Positions 19,145 to 25,702 of a DNA stretch of 64,000 nt are shown in pieces (position 1 is the stretch's first letter; every line of letters starts with the position of its first letter). The notes under the pieces were generated by a model. It saw only the letters and a list, made by a program, of their open reading frames with translations. It was not told the origin of the DNA and searched no databases. The stretch lies in the IMG/VR virus record IMGVR_UViG_3300018430_000021, positions 192,001 to 256,000 of that record; one strand, 5' to 3'. The DNA is from a virus (taxonomy: Duplodnaviria > Caudoviricetes). The position numbers and the translations under genes were made by a program.

Positions 19145-19912
19145 TTAATCTTCGTCTTCGCCATCAACATTGAAATAATGTTCATAGGCTTCGTCGATGT
19201 TCTTAATGCCGAGATCCTTAAGACTTGGAATAGGAAGTTCATAAAATTCATCCTTCTTCGCGTCATATCCGGTAATCGAAATACCGTCAATCTTGAATCG
19301 GTTGCACGGTTCATAGAAGAAACCATGAAGATAAAATTCCAAAAAATCTTGAAGTGATCCAAGATTATACCATGCGCCATCATAATCAGAAAGGTCATCA
19401 TAGTGTTCAAGAATTGCCAGCTTGATTAGCTCTTCAACGCTTGGCTCGCCATCCTGTTGACTTGAAACCGTAATACAGTCAGCATCACGTTGGTCAATAT
19501 CGAATGTGACGACATAGTAAGATTTCTTCTTCTTGACAGTCTTCTTGAAAGAATCGATACCGGAAGGAATCTTTGATTCATCAAATTCGGGTCTACCCGC
19601 TACAAGCTTGATAGCTGCAATATTTTGAGAGCCGAATCTAAATTTTCTTGTATCATTGCCGTTTTTTACTTCGAACTTCGTACAGTATTCACCAAGACCG
19701 CTTACATATTCTTCATAAACTCTGGTAATTTCGCCGGTAAATGGTTCATTGAGATACTTTGTAATTCCATCACGATTGTAAGTATAAACGGAAACGGTGT
19801 CACCGCGTCTTACCTTTTTAACATCGGGCAAAGATTCGTCGATTTCCGGGGCGACAATTTCTGGTGTTTGTTTTGCAAGGATAGAGTTAAGCATTTCTTC
19901 TTTTGTAGGCAT
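19145..19912 (-). CDS. hypothetical protein
   Basis: Long ORF, SD AGGAG. Confidence 0.75.
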   Translation of the reverse strand: MPTKEEMLNSILAKQTPEIVAPEIDESLPDVKKVRRGDTVSVYTYNRDGITKYLNEPFTGEITRVYEEYVSGLGEYCTKFEVKNGNDTRKFRFGSQNIAAIKLVAGRPEFDESKIPSGIDSFKKTVKKKKSYYVVTFDIDQRDADCITVSSQQDGEPSVEELIKLAILEHYDDLSDYDGAWYNLGSLQDFLEFYLHGFFYEPCNRFKIDGISITGYDAKKDEFYELPIPSLKDLGIKNIDEAYEHYFNVDGEDED

Positions 19913-19926
19913 TATTTGTTCTCCTA

Positions 19927-20691
19927 TTAGCCAAATCTTTTACGGATTGCCGCTTTTTCTACTTTGGTCTGCTTGATACCAAGTTCTTCGCACTTTTCAG
20001 CATCGTTAATAATACGGTCGTAGATTTGACGAGGCGTAGCGTGCATATCCAAATCGTAATCCTTCGGGTGTGCTTCATAATACGGGATAACGAACTTTTC
20101 CACGAATTCTTTTTTATATAACTTATTAATTTCTTTTTTACGCTGATCAATGACCTTACATGCCTGTGCGCGGGTCATACGTTTTCCGTCGACCCACATT
20201 TCATCCATCGGGTCGTCGACATCCTGCATAAGATACTTTTGAACTTCTTTAAGAATCTTAGGACCGTAATTCAACAGATAGAAATAAGAAAAATAGAAAT
20301 GCTTGTCATAACCAAATTCTACGTTAGCACTCTGAGATTGTGCAACGTTTTCATAAGGAATACCAAGTGCAATAGGACATGATAAGGAAAAACGATAAGA
20401 CTTGTATTCATCGCTCGCCCATAGATGAATACAGGCATCACGCCATGAACCTGTATAACATTCGTTATAAAGAGAATTAGCCGTATGCCAGCCGTGTACT
20501 TTTTTAATTTTTGTTTCCGGTAAAAGCAGATAAGCTTCAGCGCCGATATTCTTGAAAGGACAGGCATCATCAAGATGACAATCGGCATATCGATAGTTGC
20601 TGAATTGCTCTTTATTACCATACCCATGTTTGAGAGGCATTATATCTTTAAAAGCTTCGTTGAGTCTTTCAAATGATTTAGTAAAATCCAT
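19927..20691 (-). CDS. hypothetical protein
   Basis: Long ORF downstream of promoter. Confidence 0.75.
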   Translation of the reverse strand: MDFTKSFERLNEAFKDIMPLKHGYGNKEQFSNYRYADCHLDDACPFKNIGAEAYLLLPETKIKKVHGWHTANSLYNECYTGSWRDACIHLWASDEYKSYRFSLSCPIALGIPYENVAQSQSANVEFGYDKHFYFSYFYLLNYGPKILKEVQKYLMQDVDDPMDEMWVDGKRMTRAQACKVIDQRKKEINKLYKKEFVEKFVIPYYEAHPKDYDLDMHATPRQIYDRIINDAEKCEELGIKQTKVEKAAIRKRFG

Positions 20692-20713
20692 TATGTTTTT
20701 CCTTTTTTATCAT

Positions 20714-20746
20714 AATATAAAAAAAAGAGTTGACTTTCGTCAACCC
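20714..20746 (-). promoter_or_regulatory. Early promoter overlapping a terminator hairpin
   Basis: GGGTTGAC-GAAA-GTCAACTC-T-tract-TATATT. Confidence 0.75.
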
Positions 20747-21699
20747 TATAATGTGTAAGTCTTTGCTGAGCCCTTGCCGGTAAAATATACCATACGGTGT
20801 CGCTTATAGGTATTACCGTCTTTACCTTTCCAGCTCGGAGGATAAATCAACTGTGCAAGAGAAATATCATTCTTACCCTTGTTTATACTATCCTTCATTA
20901 TCCACTTGTCCATAAAATATTCAGAAAAACGTCCTTTATTGAATTTGAGTTCGGCCAGGACTTCTTTCTTGTTTTTCTCGATAGCCTTGGCCAGATAGAA
21001 CAGACTTCCACCGGCCGCATATTCAAGATGCAACATTCCTTTGATAGTAGACTTGTCCATGTGTGAAAGAACTTCAGGATCTATCTGTTTCAGTTTCTTG
21101 ATATAATATCGCTTGATAGTTCGGTCAATGTCCTTAGCGGACGTCTCGTCAAGAATCCACTGCGACCAGACAGATTCCAAATCGGTACGCCCGATAGACC
21201 ACCTGATAATATCTTCGATAGTGCCTTTAAACCTTTCACCGCTGTTCTTGTTTACGATAACGATAGGCTTATCATACTTGATAACTTTCTGCATCATGAA
21301 AGCGGTATTGCCGCCGCCGAAATTAAGCCCGCTCGGATTACTTTTTCCGTCCATCTTGTTGTGATAGAAAGAATTGATATTTCCTTCCTTGATGCCGATG
21401 GAACCGTTATAGATTTCGCTTTCGAAGAAGTTATCGAAAACGTCCTGAGTAATCTTTGTCTGGCCGAGAAGACCTTCACGAGGACGTTCTTTCGTTTCCA
21501 TCATGATACTGTGTTTCTTTTCGGTTTCAGGTACGTAATGATACTTGTATTCGAGCATGCAGTAACAACCGAGGAACATTAGACCTGGTAAGATTTCCAT
21601 GACGAAAAACTTTACAACGGCCCAAGGCTTTCTCTTCAGCCAGTACCAAGTGTAAAGGATTGTACATACCAAAAATAATATTAAGAATGTTATAATCAT
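20746..21699 (-). CDS. membrane-anchored hypothetical protein
   Basis: Two N-terminal TM segments. Confidence 0.7.
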   Translation of the reverse strand: MIITFLILFLVCTILYTWYWLKRKPWAVVKFFVMEILPGLMFLGCYCMLEYKYHYVPETEKKHSIMMETKERPREGLLGQTKITQDVFDNFFESEIYNGSIGIKEGNINSFYHNKMDGKSNPSGLNFGGGNTAFMMQKVIKYDKPIVIVNKNSGERFKGTIEDIIRWSIGRTDLESVWSQWILDETSAKDIDRTIKRYYIKKLKQIDPEVLSHMDKSTIKGMLHLEYAAGGSLFYLAKAIEKNKKEVLAELKFNKGRFSEYFMDKWIMKDSINKGKNDISLAQLIYPPSWKGKDGNTYKRHRMVYFTGKGSAKTYTL

Positions 21700-21709
21700 T
21701 TCGGCCTAT

Positions 21710-21741
21710 AATATAGAAAAAGAGTTGACTTTTGTCAACCC
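21710..21741 (-). terminator. tRNA-array terminator doubling as early promoter
   Basis: GGGTTGAC-AAAA-GTCAACTC-TTTTT-C-TATATT immediately 3' of the last tRNA. Confidence 0.75.
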
Positions 21742-21747
21742 TTATAG

Positions 21748-21829
21748 CGGAAGATGAGTGACTCGAACACCCAAGCCATGACGGCGGCAACGTTCGAAAT
21801 TGCTGGCTTACCAATTAGCCTAATCTTCC
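21748..21829 (-). tRNA. tRNA-Ser(CGA)
   Basis: Cloverleaf GGAAGAT/ATCTTCC, loop TT-CGA-AC, long V-arm, G73. Confidence 0.93.
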
Positions 21830-21834
21830 ATTAG

Positions 21835-21926
21835 AAGAGGTGGTAGGATTCGAACCCACGGCCCGGGATGATTACCGGATCACTGGAGTTCAAATCCAGC
21901 GCCATAAACCGCTCGGCCACACCTCC
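21835..21926 (-). tRNA. tRNA-Ser(TGA)
   Basis: GGAGGTG/CACCTCT, loop TT-TGA-AC, long V-arm, U73. Confidence 0.92.
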
Positions 21927-21935
21927 GAAATTTAG

Positions 21936-22021
21936 CTGAGGATGAAAGACTCGAACTTTCAAGCAGATTACTCCACGGCGGCCTTCCAAGCCACTCCCTT
22001 ACCAATTAGGGTTAATCCTCA
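21936..22021 (-). tRNA. tRNA-Ser(GGA)
   Basis: TGAGGAT/ATCCTCA, loop TT-GGA-AG, long V-arm, G73. Confidence 0.92.
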
Positions 22022-22025
22022 AAAT

Positions 22026-22184
22026 GAATACATGCAATGTTTTATACTGACGAGACTCGAACTCGCTTCATACGAATTGTAATTGGCATTTGCAAGAGTA
22101 TCTACCAATAAACGTACCCTTTCCTGATACTTTCGGACGCACGTTCTCTCCTACCTTGATCCAATATAGAGCACGCACATATTC
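22026..22184 (-). ncRNA. tRNA-like structured RNA without a clear anticodon
   Basis: Outer stem GAATATGTGC/GCATGTATTC; acceptor-like TATATTG/CAGTATA stacked on T-arm GCGAG-TTCGAGT-CTCGT. Confidence 0.6.
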
Positions 22185-22188
22185 TTAG

Positions 22189-22265
22189 TCGGCAACATAG
22201 GACTTGAACCTACATGTAACCATTTACTCTTTCTACGCCTTATCAGAGCGAGGAGATAGATGCCG
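22189..22265 (-). tRNA. non-canonical tRNA-Ile(GAT), copy 1
   Basis: Acceptor CGGCATC/GTTGCCG, loop CT-GAT-AA, normal T-arm, no D-arm in the usual place. Confidence 0.75.
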
Positions 22266-22276
22266 ATAATATTTAG

Positions 22277-22353
22277 TCGGTATCATAGGAATTGAACCTA
22301 CATGCAACCAATTACCCTTTCGACGCCTTATCAGAGCGAGGGGATAGATACCG
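22277..22353 (-). tRNA. non-canonical tRNA-Ile(GAT), copy 2
   Basis: Acceptor CGGTATC/GATACCG, loop CT-GAT-AA, compensatory changes versus copy 1. Confidence 0.75.
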
Positions 22354-22420
22354 ATAGATATTGACATTTTTCAGTGATCCAGTTATTGGCTTAGATATGT
22401 CCAATGTCAATAATTTTTAG

Positions 22421-22494
22421 TCCCGGAGGTTGGGCTCGAACCAACGACCTTTTGATTATGATTCAAACGCTCTAACCAGCTGAGCTACTCCGGG
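22421..22494 (-). tRNA. tRNA-Met/Ile2(CAT)
   Basis: CCCGGAG/CTCCGGG, loop AT-CAT-AA, A73. Confidence 0.92.
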
Positions 22495-22498
22495 AAAA

Positions 22499-22558
22499 TA
22501 GCGAGAAGTATATATTACGGATTTAAAGTCCGTTTTTATATAGGAACTTCTTTTGCTA
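22499..22558 (-). ncRNA. mini-RNA carrying an anticodon-like arm with TTA (ochre)
   Basis: Rod ending in ACGGA-CTTTAAA-TCCGT; terminal helix shared with 22571-22655. Confidence 0.55.
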
Positions 22559-22570
22559 TTAAACTTTTTA

Positions 22571-22655
22571 TAGCGGGATGTAATCGCCATACGGCTTCGG
22601 ATTTGAACCGATAAGGCATGTGAGCCTATTACCAAAATAGGAACATCCTATGCTA
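22571..22655 (-). ncRNA. mini-RNA with D-like and T-like arms, no anticodon
   Basis: CCTATT-TTGGT-AATAGG and TCGG-TTCAAAT-CCGA hairpins inside the shared terminal helix. Confidence 0.55.
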
Positions 22656-22660
22656 TGTAG

Positions 22661-22750
22661 AGCTATCTGCAGGATTCGAACCTGCGACGGGGATTTTATC
22701 CACAGCGGAGTTGCAGTCCGCTACCTTCGACCGCTCGGTTACAAGACAGC
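22661..22750 (-). tRNA. tRNA-Cys(GCA) with long variable arm
   Basis: GCTGTCT/AGATAGC, loop CT-GCA-AC, U73. Confidence 0.88.
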
Positions 22751-22761
22751 TTAATTTTAAA

Positions 22762-22884
22762 TTCCACCGCGTGCTTTTACCGAAGAGCCCGCGAAAACTT
22801 CAGTGGCCTACCACCTTGTTGTTTCATACTAAACACGACCGCTGTTTTAAGGCCGCAGCCTTTTTCGCACAGCGTCACGGCGAA
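22762..22884 (-). ncRNA. GC-rich rod-like structured RNA
   Basis: Nested stems TTCGCCGTG/CGCGGTGGA, GCGAAAA/TTTTCGC, GGCCT/AGGCC, TGTTT/AAACA. Confidence 0.5.
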
Positions 22885-22893
22885 CTATTTTCG

Positions 22894-22980
22894 TGCTAGC
22901 TAAGGGAGTCGAACCCCTGTTGTTAACTCGTAAGAGACGTGATCTACAGTCACGCGCAATCGCCACTCTGCCAAACTAGC
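22894..22980 (-). tRNA. tRNA-Tyr(GTA)
   Basis: GCTAGTT/AGCTAGC, loop CT-GTA-GA, long V-arm, A73. Confidence 0.92.
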
Positions 22981-22987
22981 ATTTTAG

Positions 22988-23072
22988 TGACAGCGGTAGG
23001 ACTCGAACCTACGGAAGCTCGTTAGAGCGGGAGGGTTACAGCCTCCAGGAATTGCCGCTATCCGACACTGCC
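22988..23072 (-). tRNA. tRNA-Tyr(GTA)
   Basis: GGCAGTG/CGCTGTC, loop CT-GTA-AC, long V-arm, A73. Confidence 0.92.
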
Positions 23073-23151
23073 AAATATCGGGCTTTCACCGATTGCCCGA
23101 ACAAACGATCCTATACAACATACGTCTCAAGGGTCTGTTCGATCATATAAT

Positions 23152-23186
23152 AAAAAAATAAAAGCGTCACTTTTCGGTGACGCCTT
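23152..23186 (-). terminator. Attenuator terminator upstream of the tRNA array
   Basis: AAGGCGTCAC-CGAAAA-GTGACGCTTTTATTTTTTT. Confidence 0.88.
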
Positions 23187-23214
23187 GAAACTCTATAAAT
23201 GAGTATTCTTGGTG

Positions 23215-23310
23215 TCACCCACCAGTCTTAATAATATACATGCCATAGATTGAGGATGTGGAGCATCCGCAAATCGAAGAACATTAATATGTATATAACT
23301 GGTGAGTCAT
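23215..23310 (-). CDS. Leader peptide MTHQLYTY*CSSICGCSTSSIYGMYIIKTGG (in-frame TAA at codon 9)
   Basis: SD AAGGA; codons match the downstream tRNAs; final TGA lies inside the antiterminator strand. Confidence 0.75.
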
Positions 23311-23380
23311 TGCTTTTATCCTTTTAATATTATATATAAAAAATTTTTTGTGTTTTTTGCTTTTTGTTTTAACGTTGTTA

Positions 23381-23412
23381 AATATAGTAAATTGTGTTGT
23401 ACTTGTAAACCC
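23381..23412 (-). promoter_or_regulatory. Early promoter driving the leader and tRNA array
   Basis: GGG-TTTACA-N17-TATATT. Confidence 0.75.
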
Positions 23413-23415
23413 CTT

Positions 23416-23655
23416 TTAGAAAAAATTTTTTTCTTCCGAGTTTTTCCCTCTGATTCGGAACCACAAGAATACGACACTGCCAAGCATTATGACACCATGA
23501 ACCAGACATCCGGTGAAGTGTATTATCGACATGGAACCTTTGTGTGGACCTACAACTTCATAAAGATGTTGGTAGTTAAAAATAAACATACCGACATTGA
23601 ATATTATATAGGCCAATACGCCGAGCATCACATAAATCTTTTCTTCTTTCATCAC
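23416..23655 (-). CDS. small two-TM membrane protein
   Basis: Two hydrophobic segments. Confidence 0.6.
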   Translation of the reverse strand: MMKEEKIYVMLGVLAYIIFNVGMFIFNYQHLYEVVGPHKGSMSIIHFTGCLVHGVIMLGSVVFLWFRIRGKNSEEKNFF

Positions 23656-24461
23656 CAGCTCTCCTCATAGAGTAATACTTCGCACGGCATGCGATCTTCG
23701 TCTCGCCATTTCTTGAATCGTTCCAAGTATGTTTTGATACTGTCAAAATACCAGTAATCATAATGTAAATTACCGAAGAAAAATCCAGGACGTGACGGAA
23801 GATATTTCGCAGCTGCTTCGTTTTGATCTTGCGTAGCAGTCCAGTTGTTATGCCAGTCTACAGCTTCTGGAATATACCAACCTTCGTCGTTAGTTTCTGG
23901 TTTGTTGAATGTTTCTGCGAACGTCTTGAATTCGCCAGCGGCCATAATCTTTTCCATACGGTCGATAATGTCGTTGACATGCTGAAGAGTCAGAATCGCT
24001 AATCCGTCTTCAAGAATTTTGTTATCATAACCAGATTCAACATGCAGCCTTTCAGGAAACGAGTTATAGACATATTGAAGCATCCAGTTCTTTTTTCTCA
24101 TGTATAAAGGTTGATATTGACCTTCATAAGTAAAGCCAATTTCCTTTTTGAGAGACTCATAACGGTTTTCAACATATTCCCAGCCTGAAAGGTCAATGGG
24201 ATTCATGAAATCCTTAATGTCATAGTTAGGTTCGTTGGTACGGTCAAAGTCATAGTCGATACCTTGTTCATTTTTCTCTTCCATGATTTTACATTGTTCG
24301 TTATACCACTTGTTCCATTTCTTACTGGCTTTGTCAAGCGGCTCGCGATACTTTTCACCATAGGCGTTATAGGCAATATCATATTGCTTACTTGCATCGA
24401 GAAATTCTTCGGCTTTTTCTTTCGACGATACCCGATAAAAATAAATGTCTAAACCCATCAT
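23652..24461 (-). CDS. conserved phage protein (MGLDIY...GFFFG type)
   Basis: MGLDIYF N-terminus, LPSRPGFFFG...YDYWY, terminal YEESW. Confidence 0.7.
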   Translation of the reverse strand: MMGLDIYFYRVSSKEKAEEFLDASKQYDIAYNAYGEKYREPLDKASKKWNKWYNEQCKIMEEKNEQGIDYDFDRTNEPNYDIKDFMNPIDLSGWEYVENRYESLKKEIGFTYEGQYQPLYMRKKNWMLQYVYNSFPERLHVESGYDNKILEDGLAILTLQHVNDIIDRMEKIMAAGEFKTFAETFNKPETNDEGWYIPEAVDWHNNWTATQDQNEAAAKYLPSRPGFFFGNLHYDYWYFDSIKTYLERFKKWRDEDRMPCEVLLYEESW

Positions 24462-24582
24462 TCCTCCGATGGATATTCGTTTCTTATAGTTTCGAATTCG
24501 CGTTGTTGTTTTTCAACATCTACACGTTCGAACTTTACGCCTTCGCCTAATTCTTCTTTAGTTTCTTCGTCCATAAAACCTC

Positions 24583-25002
24583 CTAGAACATCTGGCCGAC
24601 AGCTTCGATATAGATTTCGAACCAGTATTTATCTTGTTCATCCTTTCTCAGCTTAACGATGAGTTTCGGAGAGATGATTTCCGGATTATCTTCCAATAAG
24701 TACATGTTGACTTCTTCGGTCAATATTCCTGCATCATCGTAATAGGTATTATTTTCCAGATGTTCTGTTTCGTCATATTGCCAGTTACTTTCGTATTTCT
24801 CGATAAGGTCTGTACAGACTTTATATATTACTTCGAGAAGCGAACCTGCGGAAACCGGATCCTCGTCTGTACCTGACCATTGCAGTTTAAGCCTACGGGC
24901 CAAATCAACCGCACTGTCAAGTTCAAAAGCTTCTACGGATTCAATCAATATGTTATGCCATTTATTCCAATCAATAGTCATGTTAACCTCGGTTTTCTCC
25001 AA
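24583..25002 (-). CDS. hypothetical protein
   Basis: Tiling ORF. Confidence 0.65.
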   Translation of the reverse strand: MEKTEVNMTIDWNKWHNILIESVEAFELDSAVDLARRLKLQWSGTDEDPVSAGSLLEVIYKVCTDLIEKYESNWQYDETEHLENNTYYDDAGILTEEVNMYLLEDNPEIISPKLIVKLRKDEQDKYWFEIYIEAVGQMF

Positions 25003-25382
25003 ACCATATGTCCGTCTTCTTCTTCGACGAACCTTCTTTTTTCATAAAATATTTTGCTTTCTGGTAATGTCGTAAGGTCGATATAATTATGGTCTTCCTT
25101 CAGTCGGTCAATCATTTTTCTTCCGATGGATTCACAACGGTTATTCGGATGTACTTCGAGAGAATATACATGTATATTTTCAGGAGTTCTTTCTTCGAAT
25201 ATCATAATGGCCAACGGATGTGTTACTTCCTGACTGATAAGGAACCTGATAACGATACCTTCTGTATCTATAAATTGTTTAGCACATTTAAAGGATAACG
25301 GAAAACTGTCCGGGTCTATAAGGCCCAGGCATTCCCTAGTAAACGGAAGGTCTTTCAAATATCGCATATTACGGTTTATCAA
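24978..25382 (-). CDS. GNAT N-acetyltransferase
   Basis: LEVHPNNRCESIGRKMI, FYEKRRF motifs. Confidence 0.75.
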   Translation of the reverse strand: MINRNMRYLKDLPFTRECLGLIDPDSFPLSFKCAKQFIDTEGIVIRFLISQEVTHPLAIMIFEERTPENIHVYSLEVHPNNRCESIGRKMIDRLKEDHNYIDLTTLPESKIFYEKRRFVEEEDGHMVWRKPRLT

Positions 25383-25489
25383 ACGGACGTGTAAAGAAGT
25401 CCATTATCCAGCTAAATATGATAAAAATAACTACCATGAGAAATCCGATAATAGCTACCGGAAACATGGCAACATCTACAAGAAATTCT

Positions 25490-25702
25490 TTAACTTTTGG
25501 CATTTAATTCTTCCCTACATTGCTTGAGTACCTTTTCGAATTCGCCGGACTGTATTGCTTCGTGGAGAATGTGGCTTACAAGGTCTTCAACGGTAATACC
25601 TTTTTCATCAGCTTCTTTTTGAAGCTTTTCATAAAGTTCATCAGGAAGGTCAAACGACAATACATCTGTGTTTTCATTATTCTGCATCTGGATTTTCCTC
25701 AT
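25490..25702 (-). CDS. ribbon-helix-helix DNA-binding protein
   Basis: LSFDLPDELYEKLQKEADEKGITVEDLVSHIL. Confidence 0.7.
   Translation of the reverse strand: MRKIQMQNNENTDVLSFDLPDELYEKLQKEADEKGITVEDLVSHILHEAIQSGEFEKVLKQCREELNAKS

Noticed and set aside
21527-21814. ORFs overlapping tRNA arrays (also 22711-22899 and 63500-63778)
   Set aside because: Spurious frames across tRNA and ncRNA genes.
21835-21926. Selenocysteine or opal suppressor tRNA
   Set aside because: The anticodon is TGA (reads UCA, Ser), not TCA.
23145-23172. Internal promoter within the attenuator terminator (GTGACG...TATATG)
   Set aside because: Spacer is 15 nt against the 17 nt in the phage consensus and both boxes deviate; cannot be fully excluded without start-site mapping.
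23205-23225. T-box riboswitch (GGTGGGTGACACC resembles the T-box bulge)
   Set aside because: Does not match GGTGGNACC spacing and no Stem I is visible; the leader ORF and 2:3 pairing explain the sequence better.
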